The notes beneath the pieces were generated by a model that saw nothing but the letters and a program-made list of their open reading frames with translations, was not told where the DNA came from and made no database searches. DNA of 64,000 nucleotides, taken from contig PBDG01000009.1 in NCBI GenBank assembly GCA_002717225.1, positions 76,563-140,562 of the forward strand, read 5' to 3'. This document shows, one piece after another, positions 28,931-40,400 of the stretch (positions within the stretch are counted from its first letter, which is position 1; each line of letters begins with the position of its first letter). The DNA is from Rhodospirillaceae bacterium (GTDB taxonomy: Bacteria > Pseudomonadota > Alphaproteobacteria > UBA828). The position numbers and the translations under genes are program-made.

Positions 28931-28949
28931 GGTCCTCTTCTCCTTCTCT

Positions 28950-31004
28950 TCAGCTTTGCGCCAAGGGCACGTCGATAACAATCGTCAGGGAGGGATCGAC
29001 CTCCGCCTTCAGTCCGGGTGGAATAAGAACGGTTGAATCAAGCTGTTCGATGATCGCCGGTCCTTCCACCACGGCGCCGGCCTTCAATTTATCCCGATCA
29101 TAAACCGGTGTTTTGATCGACTCCGGTGCTTCGTCAAATACTACATCTCGCTCAGAATCTGGCTCTGGTGGCGTACCATCCAGATCATGCTCAGCAAATT
29201 CTGCTTTCGGCGTTTGGCCGGTGGCGGTGACAGTGAGACGGTAAACTTCGACGGGTGCATCGGGACGGGAGTAATTGTGCTCGCGACCATGTTCCTCATG
29301 GAATGACGCAGCCGCCTCATCAAGCGAGGTAATATTCTCGCCAACCTCTATCGACATAGCGCGCCATTGACCAAGATAGCGCATATCGACGTGGCGCTGA
29401 AAAGACATGCGGTCTTCTGTTACTCCTTCATGAGAAAGATGCTCACGGCCCTCGGCCTCCAGTTCCTGGAACGCGGCATCGACTTCCGCCATATCTACGT
29501 CTTCGAGTGCGCGCAAATACATGCGCGAGATATCATGCTTGATATCGACCAATAGGCAACCAAGCGCGGAGGTCACCCCAGGCGCTGGCGGAACCAACAC
29601 GGTGGGAATCGAAAGGTCTCGGGCCAGCGCGACACCGTGGAGCGGCCCCGCGCCACCAAAGGTCACCAAGGCAAAATCGCGAGGATCATAGCCGCGTCGG
29701 ATCGAAACTAGTCGAACCGCATCGGCCATATTAGCGTTCGCTACTTTGAGGATCGATACCGCTGCCTCTTGCAATGACAGACCGAGGGGTTCGGCAACCA
29801 CGCGGTTAATCGCCTCGGCGGATAGCGATTTATCAAGCGCAACCGCGCCACCGGCGAGGCGGTCGCTGAGGCGGCCAAGAACCACATTGGCATCACAATT
29901 TGTTGGTTCAGAACCGCCACGGCCATAGCAGGCCGGGCCGGGCGTCGAACCGGCGGATTGCGGCCCGTTGCGCAACGAGTTTGCCTCATCAATCCAGGCC
30001 AGTGAACCGCCACCTGCACCAATTGTCAGCACCTCGATGCTGGGGAAACAGATTGGATAGCCATACTCAATATACCAATCTGTGGTAACGCGCAGATTGC
30101 CCCGATCACACAGGGAAACATCTGTACTGGTGCCCCCCATATCAAGGCTAATGGAGTTTTCGTATCCAGCACGCTCTGCAACGAAGCGGCTAGCAATAGC
30201 GCCCGCCGCAATACCGGAAGCAGCCAACCGGGCGGGAAATTTTGACGCACCCTTCCCGGTCATCATGCCGCCACCAGAATGGAGTAGCAATACATCTTCC
30301 TTATAGCCACCCTCAGCCATCCGCTCTTCCAAGCGGGTCGTGTATTCACCGACGACGGGGGCGAGCACCGCATTGGCGACGGTGGTAGAAAAGCGCTCGT
30401 GTTCGAAGATTTCCGGCATGATTTCGCTTGAGAGCGAGATGTTCGCATCCGGAAGCTCTTCTTTGAGAATATCACGCATGCGCTCTTCATTAACAGGACT
30501 TGCGAATGCATTCGCGAAGCAAACAGCAATAGTTTTTACGCCCCGTTTGCGAATGATACGCGCTACTTCACGTGCCTCTTTTTCGTCGACCGGTTCCAAA
30601 ACCTTGCCCGCATAATCGATGCGCTCGCTAACCACTAAACGATTGCGGCGCGGAATATATGGCGGAGCCATTTCCTTATAGGTATCCCAAAGATCATCGC
30701 GCGTTCCGCGACGGATCTCGATAACGTCGCGGAAGCCCTTGGTGGTAACCATAATCGCTGGAGGGAAGTTACGCGTAATCAGTGCGTTGGTAGAAAGGGT
30801 CGTTCCGTGCGAAAAGAGCACCACATCCTTCAAATCAACGCCTGCCGCCGAAATGCCCGCCAACACCCCGTCGATAGGGTCGGGAGTAGTCGGAGATTTA
30901 GCAACATGGATTTTTCCCGTGGCTTCATCGAGTACGCAAACGTCGGTAAACGTGCCACCCACATCACAAGCTACTCTAACCGCCGCACCCGCATTATTGT
31001 TCAT
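28950..31004 (-). CDS. hydantoinase A / oxoprolinase family protein (ATP-binding)
   Basis: DVGGTFTD, HGTT, DMGGTS, IGAGGGS, PGPACYG, FGGAGPLH. Confidence 0.92.
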   Translation of the reverse strand: MNNNAGAAVRVACDVGGTFTDVCVLDEATGKIHVAKSPTTPDPIDGVLAGISAAGVDLKDVVLFSHGTTLSTNALITRNFPPAIMVTTKGFRDVIEIRRGTRDDLWDTYKEMAPPYIPRRNRLVVSERIDYAGKVLEPVDEKEAREVARIIRKRGVKTIAVCFANAFASPVNEERMRDILKEELPDANISLSSEIMPEIFEHERFSTTVANAVLAPVVGEYTTRLEERMAEGGYKEDVLLLHSGGGMMTGKGASKFPARLAASGIAAGAIASRFVAERAGYENSISLDMGGTSTDVSLCDRGNLRVTTDWYIEYGYPICFPSIEVLTIGAGGGSLAWIDEANSLRNGPQSAGSTPGPACYGRGGSEPTNCDANVVLGRLSDRLAGGAVALDKSLSAEAINRVVAEPLGLSLQEAAVSILKVANANMADAVRLVSIRRGYDPRDFALVTFGGAGPLHGVALARDLSIPTVLVPPAPGVTSALGCLLVDIKHDISRMYLRALEDVDMAEVDAAFQELEAEGREHLSHEGVTEDRMSFQRHVDMRYLGQWRAMSIEVGENITSLDEAAASFHEEHGREHNYSRPDAPVEVYRLTVTATGQTPKAEFAEHDLDGTPPEPDSERDVVFDEAPESIKTPVYDRDKLKAGAVVEGPAIIEQLDSTVLIPPGLKAEVDPSLTIVIDVPLAQS

Positions 31005-31274
31005 TTAAGTCGCCCCTCCCGAAAAACATCGTGAACACTGTAAAATTGATGGTATTTGCAATAGCTTCTCCCCACACTTCAACTCTTCAAAAGGTCTCTA
31101 GGTTAGCAAATTTTGCGGTAACTTAGTATCCGACACAGAGCATGTCCACGACAACACTCATTAATAATTTAATGTTTTTCCACGCTCGACAAGTGCGGTT
31201 ACATACGGCAAGAATTTACGGCTGGCCGACTGCGGCCACAAATTATTTTGATGTCAGAGCGAAAGAGGTGCCGC

Positions 31275-33386
31275 ATGGCGAGCTATCTTTGCGGAATCGA
31301 TATCGGTGGTACTTTTACCGATTGTGTTATCGTCGACGGAGCGGGTGCCGTCACCACTGCTAAGGCTCCGTCCACTCCGCATGATTTTGCCAGAGGTGTT
31401 CAAGACGCTCTGAAAGCCGCCAGCGGCAAATTGGATCTAGAATTAGACGAACTCTGTTCCGAAATCACCATGCTGAGCCATGGCACCACGGTTGGAACTA
31501 ACGCTATCATCCAGAAGCGCGGCGCCAAAGTTGGACTAATCACCACGCGCGGCCATAACGATGTAATCCACATCATGCGTGGCTCGCGCGGCCTCACCGG
31601 TAACGAGATTCGCCTGGTTGTGCATATCCCCGAAAGCCAGAAGCCAGACCCGATCATTCCCAAACGTCTGATCGAGGGTGTCTCAGAGCGAGTCGACTGC
31701 TTCGGCAAAGTCATCGTCAAGCTTAATGAAGAGGAGGCCGAGGCCGCGATCCGCCGCCTTCTGGAAAAAGACGTTGAAGCCATCGCTGTCTGCTTCCTTT
31801 GGTCATTCCTCGCCCCACAGCACGAGGCGCGGGTAAAGGAAATGATCGCCGATATCGCGCCCAATATGTTCGTCACCACCTCGCACGAGCTGGTCCCGAA
31901 ATGGGGCGAATATGAGCGTACCGCTGCAGTGGCGCTTAACGCTTATATTGGCCCACTCACCACCGGCTATATCGCCGGCGTAGCAAGCGACGTAGAGGGT
32001 CTCGGTTATCATCAACCGTTGCAAATCACGCAATGTGCTGGTGGCACCATTTCGGTCAACCGCGCAATGTCAGCGCCCTTACTAACCCTTGATTCCGGAC
32101 CGGTCGCCGGCGTCACTGGCTCGCAATATGCCGGCGGACTGATGGGCTATGACAATATCATTACCACTGACATGGGCGGAACCTCCTTTGATGTCGGCAT
32201 AATTCACGATGGCAAACCAGCCTTTTCCTACACTAGCCTAGTTCATCAATATGCCTATTATCTCTCCAAGGTAGATATTCAGACCATCGGCGCGGGCGGC
32301 GGCTCCAAGGCTTGGATCGATGAAACCTCAGGGATGCTACGCGTCGGCCCAGAAAGCGCTGGAGCGGCGCCCGGACCCGCCTGTTATGGTCGCGGCGGCG
32401 ATATTGCAACAGTAACCGACGCGGACCTACTGCTCGGCTATCTTGACGCGGAAAATTTTGCTGGTGGTTCCCTCACACTCGACCGTGCAGCAGCAGAAGC
32501 AGCGATCAGAAAGATTGCAGACCCTCTGGGGCTTAGCCAGCTTGAAGCCGCCGCTGGCATCGTCAAGATTGCTGAATTCCAAATGGCCGACCTCATTCGC
32601 AAGGTGACCATCCAGAAGGGATTTGATCCGCGAGATTTTGTGCTATTTGCTTTCGGCGGCGCTGGTCCAGTTCATGCCGGCGTGTTCGCCAAGGAGCTCG
32701 GTGTCTCAAAGGTTATCGTACCGCAGCGCGAGACCGCTTCGGTCTGGTGTGCCTTTGGTGCTGCGGCGGCAGACGTTCTACATGTTCATGAGCGGGTTAA
32801 CATGATGCGCTCACCCTTCGATGTCGTCGAATTGAACAACGTGCTCGGAGAATTGGAGAACCGCGCTAAAGCAGAATTGACAGCGGATGAAATCCTGCCT
32901 GAACGCCAGCACCTTCGCTTCGCCCTCGACATGCGCCACAAGGGGCAGATCAACGAAGTCGAGGTAGAAATTTCAGGGTCGTCCTTAGCAGAAGTCGATT
33001 TGCCTAAACTACGCGACGCCTTCGTCGGGCAATATGAACGCCAATATGGCCAGGGCGCCTCGTTGCCCGGAGCGCGCCTAGAAATCGTCACCTTCCGCTG
33101 CCGCGCCGCGGCAGATACAGCCAAACCACGCCTGACGCGAGCCGACAAAATGACCGCTACCATCGATGGTGCTGCGTTACGACCGGCGCGCTTAGTCTTT
33201 TGGACTGAATATAGCGAGACAATCGATACGCAAGTGTTCAACGGCGAGAAGCTCGCCCCTGGCAACGGTGTGTCCGGCCCGGCGATTGTCGAGACAGCGG
33301 ATACCACGGTTGTGCTTCATCCAGAACAAACTCTTGCAGTCGATGCGTTCGGAAATTTCGAACTCACGCTCGCAGCATCCAAATAG
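31275..33386 (+). CDS. hydantoinase A / acetone carboxylase beta-like subunit
   Basis: DIGGTFTD, HGTTVGTN, DMGGTSFD, GAGGGS, FGGAGPVH; GAGG RBS before ATG 31275. Confidence 0.92.
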   Translation: MASYLCGIDIGGTFTDCVIVDGAGAVTTAKAPSTPHDFARGVQDALKAASGKLDLELDELCSEITMLSHGTTVGTNAIIQKRGAKVGLITTRGHNDVIHIMRGSRGLTGNEIRLVVHIPESQKPDPIIPKRLIEGVSERVDCFGKVIVKLNEEEAEAAIRRLLEKDVEAIAVCFLWSFLAPQHEARVKEMIADIAPNMFVTTSHELVPKWGEYERTAAVALNAYIGPLTTGYIAGVASDVEGLGYHQPLQITQCAGGTISVNRAMSAPLLTLDSGPVAGVTGSQYAGGLMGYDNIITTDMGGTSFDVGIIHDGKPAFSYTSLVHQYAYYLSKVDIQTIGAGGGSKAWIDETSGMLRVGPESAGAAPGPACYGRGGDIATVTDADLLLGYLDAENFAGGSLTLDRAAAEAAIRKIADPLGLSQLEAAAGIVKIAEFQMADLIRKVTIQKGFDPRDFVLFAFGGAGPVHAGVFAKELGVSKVIVPQRETASVWCAFGAAAADVLHVHERVNMMRSPFDVVELNNVLGELENRAKAELTADEILPERQHLRFALDMRHKGQINEVEVEISGSSLAEVDLPKLRDAFVGQYERQYGQGASLPGARLEIVTFRCRAAADTAKPRLTRADKMTATIDGAALRPARLVFWTEYSETIDTQVFNGEKLAPGNGVSGPAIVETADTTVVLHPEQTLAVDAFGNFELTLAASK

Positions 33387-33396
33387 GGATACAATT

Positions 33397-35688
33397 ATGC
33401 CCCGCATCAGCCAAATCACCGATACCACATTCGACGGTATCAACAATCCCTATGTGCCAAAAAAGGATCTTGACATTTCACCCAGTCTCAAACTGCACCG
33501 CGAGTGGGATGAAACCTTGGACCCGGTCACCTACGAGGTGATCCGCCACAATCTATGGAACATCAATGAAGAGCATGGCGCTACAATCCAGCGAATATCT
33601 GGTTCGCCAGTGGCTATGTTCGCTCTCGACCTTAATCCCTCGATTCTTACCGAGGATGCCGAATTCGTCTATTTCGGCCCCTATATGCAATACATGTCCG
33701 GCGTCACCGACACGCAGGTGAAATGGATTCTCGAATACCGCTCGGACAATCCGGGAATCAAGCCGGGAGATATGTTTCTCGCCAACGACCCTTGGGTCGG
33801 CGCAGCACATCAGATGGACGTAATGCTGATCTGCCCGGTCTTCCATGGTGACAAACTGTTTTGCTGGATCACCAATTGCCTCCATCAATACGATATCGGC
33901 GGCATCACCCCGGGCAGCTTCTGCCCGGCGGCAGAGAGCGCGTTCGACGAGGGCATCCTTATCCCGCCGGTGAAAATTGTCGAGAACGACGTAGTGCGCA
34001 AGGACATTGAAGCACTTTATCTCCGCTCGTCACGCAAGCCAGAGATGGTAGCGCTAGATTTCCGCGCTCAACTCGCTGGCAACATGACCGCTAAGACGCG
34101 CATCAAGGCACTGATTGATCGCTACGGTGCCAAGACCGTAAAAAGCGTGATGAAGAAGGTGATCGATAATTCCGAAGCTGCCTTCCTTTCAAAGCTAAAG
34201 AAAATCCCCGACGGGGTGTGGCGCGACCGCACATATGTTGAGGCCTGCCGCCCTGGCGACCGGCGTACCCACCGGGTGCAGATCGCGCTCACCAAGAAGG
34301 GGGACAAGCTGATCTTCGACAATGAGGGTACCGCGCCGCAAGACGGCGCCATGAACGCAACCTATTCCGGGTGGCGCGGTTCGGTGATGGTTGCAATCAA
34401 CGAGCTCTTGAGTTGGGATCAATATTTTGCGGTCGGTGGCGCTTTGCGCCATATCGAATTTGACCCAGTCCCTGGTACGCTTAACTGTGCTGATTTTCCT
34501 GCATCGGTCTCCACCGCACCGACGCAATCAATGGAAATCTCGCTCTATCCAGCCTATAACATCATCTCCAAGATGCTATATTCCGATGAAGAGCTGCGGC
34601 AAGACATCATGGGCATCGGTGGGACCAGTCAATGGCCGACCACCATCTTCCGTGGTATTGATCAATGGGGCGAACGATACGGCTATATTTTGATTGACCC
34701 GATAGGTGGATCTATTGGCGCGTTTGCACAAGGTGACGGCATCAACACTGGTGGCCAGGCAAGGACGCCGATCGGCCAGTTGCCCAATGTCGAACACAAT
34801 GAGCAACTCTTTCCCCTCCTATTCCTTTACCGCAAGGAGCTACCGGATTCAGGGGGCGCCGGGAAGTTCCGGGGCGGTCTCTCCGCGGAAAGCTGTTTCA
34901 TCCCACACAACACTGATTTCATCACCCAGGATACGCTTTCCTCCGGCAACGCTATCCCGACTTCAACCGGTATGATGGGCGGCTATCCGTCCACCACCAA
35001 CGCTTATACTTTCATCCGAGAGAGCGACATCTTTCAGCGCATGAAGGAGTCTAGGCTAATCGAAGACAGCTCCGAAGTAGCAGGCAACCCCCAACATCTC
35101 GAGCTACGCCAGGAAAATTTTGTGCAAAATTCAGCGGACGTTTATGCCGTGCGATGGTCTGGTGGCGGCGGCTTTGGCGATCCACTGCAACGCGACATCG
35201 AAAGGATCGTTCATGACCTGGAGCATCTCAATATTACGCCAAAAGCGGCGCGCGAGATTTTCGGCGCAGTGCTTGACGAAAATGAACAGGTAGATGTGGC
35301 GGCAACGGAAGAGAATCGTAACAAGATCCGCAAAGAACGCCTTGAGCGCCTCAAAAATGGCCAGGTGCCACGCGACAGCCATGCAGGAGAGACAGCTTTC
35401 CCTGCTGGAGATAATCTCGCGGTCTATGGCTCCGGCGATACCGCACGCTGGGGCTGCGCCCACTGCACCGCCGACCTTGGACCGATTGGTGAGAATTTCA
35501 AGGATGCATGTCTACGCGATGACCGCCCAGTTTCAGACTCCAACCCGCTGGTGGGCGACCCGGCTGTCTTTATTGATGATGCGGTCAATTTTCGCCTGTT
35601 TTATTGCCCATCCTGTGGTAATCAGATCGACAATGAAATAGCTGTGACCAGCGACGCTGTACTTCGCGACATTGAATTGACCGTGTAA
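33397..35688 (+). CDS. hydantoinase B / acetone carboxylase alpha-like subunit with C-terminal gamma-like Zn ribbon
   Basis: DPVTYEVIRH, GIKPGDMFLANDPW..AHQMD, DSGGAGKFRGG, GGGGFGDP; C-terminal CAHC...NFK...FYCPSCG. Confidence 0.87.
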   Translation: MPRISQITDTTFDGINNPYVPKKDLDISPSLKLHREWDETLDPVTYEVIRHNLWNINEEHGATIQRISGSPVAMFALDLNPSILTEDAEFVYFGPYMQYMSGVTDTQVKWILEYRSDNPGIKPGDMFLANDPWVGAAHQMDVMLICPVFHGDKLFCWITNCLHQYDIGGITPGSFCPAAESAFDEGILIPPVKIVENDVVRKDIEALYLRSSRKPEMVALDFRAQLAGNMTAKTRIKALIDRYGAKTVKSVMKKVIDNSEAAFLSKLKKIPDGVWRDRTYVEACRPGDRRTHRVQIALTKKGDKLIFDNEGTAPQDGAMNATYSGWRGSVMVAINELLSWDQYFAVGGALRHIEFDPVPGTLNCADFPASVSTAPTQSMEISLYPAYNIISKMLYSDEELRQDIMGIGGTSQWPTTIFRGIDQWGERYGYILIDPIGGSIGAFAQGDGINTGGQARTPIGQLPNVEHNEQLFPLLFLYRKELPDSGGAGKFRGGLSAESCFIPHNTDFITQDTLSSGNAIPTSTGMMGGYPSTTNAYTFIRESDIFQRMKESRLIEDSSEVAGNPQHLELRQENFVQNSADVYAVRWSGGGGFGDPLQRDIERIVHDLEHLNITPKAAREIFGAVLDENEQVDVAATEENRNKIRKERLERLKNGQVPRDSHAGETAFPAGDNLAVYGSGDTARWGCAHCTADLGPIGENFKDACLRDDRPVSDSNPLVGDPAVFIDDAVNFRLFYCPSCGNQIDNEIAVTSDAVLRDIELTV

Positions 35689-35729
35689 TCGATTTTGGCT
35701 TTGACCTAGAGAATGCTAGGCTCGGGAAC

Positions 35730-36203
35730 ATGACAACGCAATTTTCGATTCTCACAATCGCAGCCGCCATGCTTGTGCTCGTCGCCTGCGGACGCGGCCC
35801 CGAACTCACAGCTAGCTCCGCACCTACGCAAATTGGCGACGACACGACTGCGGCGTTTCAGCCGATTGCCGATGTGCCGATCCCCGAGGGTGCACGGCTC
35901 GATAGCGAGCGCAGTTTAGTACTCGGCGGAGAATATAATTGGACCGGCCGCTTGGTTTTCATGGTCAGCGAGTCGCCAGCCGATGCTTACGCGCTCTACC
36001 ATCAGGAAATGCAGCGGTTCGGATGGCGGCTGATCACCAGCGTACAGGCCGAATCGAGCGTGTTGGCCTTTAACCAAGGCAAACGTGTGGCAACTATTCA
36101 AATTGAGGGCCGCACACTCTCGGGCGCAACCATCGCCATCACTATGTCGCCGCGTCACGAAGGGAGCAGTGACTCTGTCGATGTAACGCCACTCGGCGAA
36201 TAA
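35730..36203 (+). CDS. putative lipoprotein
   Basis: Lipobox LVAC; DVPIP and WTGRL motifs. Confidence 0.7.
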   Translation: MTTQFSILTIAAAMLVLVACGRGPELTASSAPTQIGDDTTAAFQPIADVPIPEGARLDSERSLVLGGEYNWTGRLVFMVSESPADAYALYHQEMQRFGWRLITSVQAESSVLAFNQGKRVATIQIEGRTLSGATIAITMSPRHEGSSDSVDVTPLGE

Positions 36204-36393
36204 TTTTGGGAGAAGGAACATACGATGAAAAAGCATTTCAACTTCTCCAATGGGCATAAATATCTGATTACGCGCTACACGCAAAACGTGCCCCAGTAAT
36301 GTGAAGCACTAAAGCGTGATAATTAATCCTTTGGTATATTACGAGCAAAGCAGGCGTTAGTATCGCTCACTTCTTCCTCTGCAATAAATCCAA

Positions 36394-37182
36394 CTAATTG
36401 GTGAACCGGACACTCAGTTTGCCGAGGGTGCCAAAATCTGCCAGTACATCGTCATCCGGCCCAATTGACTGAGGCACGATGCAAGTACCAGTAGTGACTA
36501 TGTCTCCAGCGCGGAGTGCGCCACCTTGAGCGACGCGGTCGTTAGCAAGCCAGGCAAGGGCAATGCGTGGATCGCCCAGCACATTTGCACCGGTGCCATC
36601 CGCCACCTTTTTGCCGTTAATGTATAGGTGCGCACTATGAGCCGCCAGATCGAGATTTCGCCAGCATTCCGACACTGCGTCGCCGAGTACAAAAAATTCA
36701 GTACAGGCATTATCTGCGATCAGCTGAGGTGCGCCAACGTTGGTAAAATTTTCGTAGCGCGAATCCGGGATTTCAAGGCCACAATGAAGCGCCTTGGTCG
36801 CTGCCACTACATCCTCGGGCAAGTAGTCTCGCCCGCGTGCCGGCAGGTCCTCGCCGAGGAGAAAGACGAATTCCGCCTCAATCACCGCCATGTGCAAATG
36901 CGCCACCGGTAGCTCGGAACCCGCCCGGTGCATTTTGCCGGCGAGCAGACGGCCAGCGAGTGGCTTGTCAACGCCAATATGTTTCTGCCCGGCAGTACTG
37001 GTGGCGGCGATCTTCCAACCGATCGGCGGCCAACCAGTCAAATTCACGAGCGCTTCTTGCACCTCATAGCCTTCTGCTATGCTTGCTGGACGGCAAGCCT
37101 CTGGCAGAGACTTGATACGGCTATGACAGCTCCAATTATGCCAAATAATCGCAGCGGCTTCGCTTGCGCGCTCGTCTTCCAT
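36394..37182 (-). CDS. 2-keto-4-pentenoate hydratase-like protein (FAH family)
   Basis: GWKIA.TS, EAEF, LEIPDSR, IADNA, GDP, GDIVTTG. Confidence 0.87.
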   Translation of the reverse strand: MEDERASEAAAIIWHNWSCHSRIKSLPEACRPASIAEGYEVQEALVNLTGWPPIGWKIAATSTAGQKHIGVDKPLAGRLLAGKMHRAGSELPVAHLHMAVIEAEFVFLLGEDLPARGRDYLPEDVVAATKALHCGLEIPDSRYENFTNVGAPQLIADNACTEFFVLGDAVSECWRNLDLAAHSAHLYINGKKVADGTGANVLGDPRIALAWLANDRVAQGGALRAGDIVTTGTCIVPQSIGPDDDVLADFGTLGKLSVRFTN

Positions 37183-37468
37183 TACGCACTCTTAGCGCAC
37201 CAGCGGACGGTGGACAAGCCGCGCTCGATTATCTTGAACAGCATCCGGAATCAACTCATTAAGATCATAATTTGCACTACCAACAGATTTTACTCTCGCG
37301 ACCTAAGTCTAGAATCCCACCGCCAAGATATATGCACATCCAACGTGGCCGAAAGGTTCTAATGGGAGGGAGAGGCAAAATCATTTGCAACAAATTCTGC
37401 CAGGCCGGCAACCACTGAATTAATGGTAACGATGGGGGTGCTCTTCTCTAATATGAGGAGCACTAATT

Positions 37469-40400
37469 CTACCGGTTTGCTGATTCTACCTTCGAGTTAA
37501 CATCGACGGCCAGTTGTCGTGCGACAAGCGTGGCATAAAGACCGCCTCTGGCGAGAAGACTGGCATGATCGCCTGCTTCTCGCACCTTACCATCCTCCAT
37601 AACGACGATCTGATCTGCATCACGCACAGTCGACAACCGGTGGGCTATAACAACGGTAGTGCGATCGACCATAAGCTCATCAAGAGCATGGCGCACAGCT
37701 TGCTCATTTAGCGCATCAAGATGCGAGGTAGCTTCGTCAAGAATAAGTATCGGTGCGTCCTTAAGGAAGGCACGAGCAATAGCGATTCGCTGGCGCTGAC
37801 CACCAGAAAGCCGCGTGCCGCGTTCGCCGACCTCCGTATCGAGGCCGTCAGGGAGGGCAGCTGTGAAATCCTCCAGCGCCGCACGGCGGATGGCGGCATC
37901 CACCTCGGTAGGACTCGCCTCCGGCCGAGCGATCAGTATATTGCCCCGGATGGTGTCGTTGAAGAGATAAGTGTCCTGAGCTACGAGGGCGATACGCCCG
38001 CGTAAATCATCGAGCCGCCACTCCTTGAGGTCCCGGCCATTCAGATTGACTACGCCTTCATCAGGATCCCAAAAACGCATCAAAAGATGAGCTAGCGTCG
38101 TCTTGCCCGCACCGGACGGCCCAACCAGAGCGAGTGTGCTTCCCGCCGACAAACTAAGGCTAACATTGTGGAGTGCTGGATCTCTAATGCCAGGATAGGT
38201 GAAGCTAACATTGTTGAGATCCAGTGCCGCACTGCCACTATGCGCCTCGGGCGCTATCGCCCTACCGTCGGTTACCGTCACTCGCTCGCTATGTACACCA
38301 TGCAATCGCCTTGTGCCGCCGAGGGTATCAGCAAGCTGACGGCCGATATTGGCAATTTCCGATACTGGGAGGAAAGCAGCCATGGCCAAGAGTGTGAGAA
38401 GCGGTAGCATGGTACGATCCAAATCGCCCGAATTCACCAAGGACGCGCCAGTGATGACCACGGCAAGGCCACCGAGGCCCGTGACTGTCTCTACTAGCGC
38501 GGTTTGGACTGTGAGATCGCTGAAAAATGGCAGCCGAAGCGAATGGTGGCGGCGCACCAAGTCAATCAATTGTTTGCCGCGTCGTGCCTCCTGTCGAAAA
38601 GCCATAATTTCCGCCAGGCCCTGCAGAGTATCGACCATATGGGCGTTTAGTGCTCCCTGCGCCTCACTCGCACCTGAGGCAAGCCGATCAACCCGCTTGC
38701 GCATGAGAAACGGCGAAAGTGCGATCAATGCAAGGAAAGGGACCAACGCAATGGCCATTGGCCAACCGAAAAAGAGGACCACGGCAACCACCGCGGCTGG
38801 AACTAACACCGCGACAAATGCAGGAGCTACGGTATGAGCAAAAAAGAATTCGACATTCTCGATATCTTGGGTCGCCATAGCCACCAAATCACCGCTTCGT
38901 CGGCGCAAGAGATAAGCCGGCGCTAAAGCGTCAAGCTTGGCGAATAACGCGATGCGCATTTGTGTCAACAAGCGGAACGCCATGTCATGCGCGACCCAAG
39001 ATTCAAGCCAATGGAGGATGCCAGCAAAAGGTGCAAGGGCGTATAACGCGATCAGGAGATCACCAAACTGCTCACCATTGCGTACCGCTGCCACGACGAA
39101 AGCGCTTAACACACCCACACCGATCAGAGCTACCACACGGGCAACACCGAGAAGGAAAGCGAGGCCGACGCGCTTGCGCACCGGATGGACGAGGTGCAAA
39201 AGCAATCCGGCAGCACGCCACCAACCCATCTCACCAGCGCGTAATATCTCATCGGACGGCTGTAGCCGGTCTAACTGCATATCCTCGAGTGGCGACGCAG
39301 TTGCGTCTGGTGCAACATTCACTGTGGTTACATTTTTGATCTTATTTACACCGGAGACCGCCTCCTCCACCTGGCCTGACATCAATCGAGCATAGACACC
39401 ACTCTTTTTCATAAGCGATTGGTGGCTACCCTCTTCAACCAGTGCACCCTCATAGAGCACCAGGATACGGTCTGCATCAATCACGCTGGATAAGCGATGA
39501 GCAAGAATCAAAACGGTCCGACCATGCATCAACCGGTCGAGGGCCTGTTGAATGACCGCTTCGTTTTCCGCATCCACGGCCGAAAGAGCTTCATCGAGCA
39601 CCAGAAAGGGCGCATCACGCAAAAGCGCCCGAGCGATAGCGATTCGCTGACGTTGGCCTCCCGAAAGCCTAACGCCGCGTTCACCAATCACCGTCTTATA
39701 GCCTTGAGGCAAGCGCAAGATGAAATCATGCGCATTGGCGGCACGCGTTGCTGCTTCGATTTCCTCATCGGTTGCGTCTGGCTTACCAAAGCGAATGTTT
39801 TCTTCTGCAGTACCGTGAAACAGGTAGGTGTCTTGGTGCACCACGGCAAAATGCTCACGGATTTGGGCAAAACTGAGGTCACGAAGATCCTTACCACCAA
39901 GGAAAACGCGCCCGTTCTCGGGCTCGTAGAGTCTGAGTGCAAGGCGAACGATAGAGGATTTTCCACATCCACTCGGGCCAACTATACCGATGCGTTCGCC
40001 AGCCTTAATCTCGAAGCTAAGGTCCCGGTGCGCAGGCTTCCGACCGCCAGGATACGAAAAGCATACGCCCTCAAAGCGAAGCGAAGCCTCCAGTCCTCCC
40101 TTTGGCAGCAGAGCGTTTGGTGTGTCACACACCAGGGGTTTCTCGCCGAGAAGCGCGAACAGGCCTTCAGCAGCCGACTGACCGAGCATACCTTGATGCA
40201 ACAGGATTCGGAGATCACGCATTGGGCGGAACAGTTCGATCCCCATCATGAGAACAATTAGCAGCACGCCAATGTCTATTTCTCCGTCCACCACCCTCCA
40301 GGCGCCAATGCTTAGCGCCAGTGCCGCACCTATAGCGATACCACCATCAGTAATACCGCGCGACAGCGAATTGGTTGCCAGTACCCACATGGTGCGCCGG

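Noticed and set aside
33268..33396. Extended start of hydantoinase B (similarly 8735, 28981, 48308 and 50926)
   Set aside because: These overlap upstream genes or promoters; downstream starts have better RBS or family-typical N-termini such as MCG.
37438..37463. Hairpin GTGCTCTTC...GAGGAGCAC after the fused ABC gene
   Set aside because: No U-tract on the transcribed strand, so it is not called as an intrinsic terminator.
39497..40261. 254-aa plus-strand ORF and similar ORFs opposite ABC ATPase genes
   Set aside because: Antisense shadows of NBD coding sequence.
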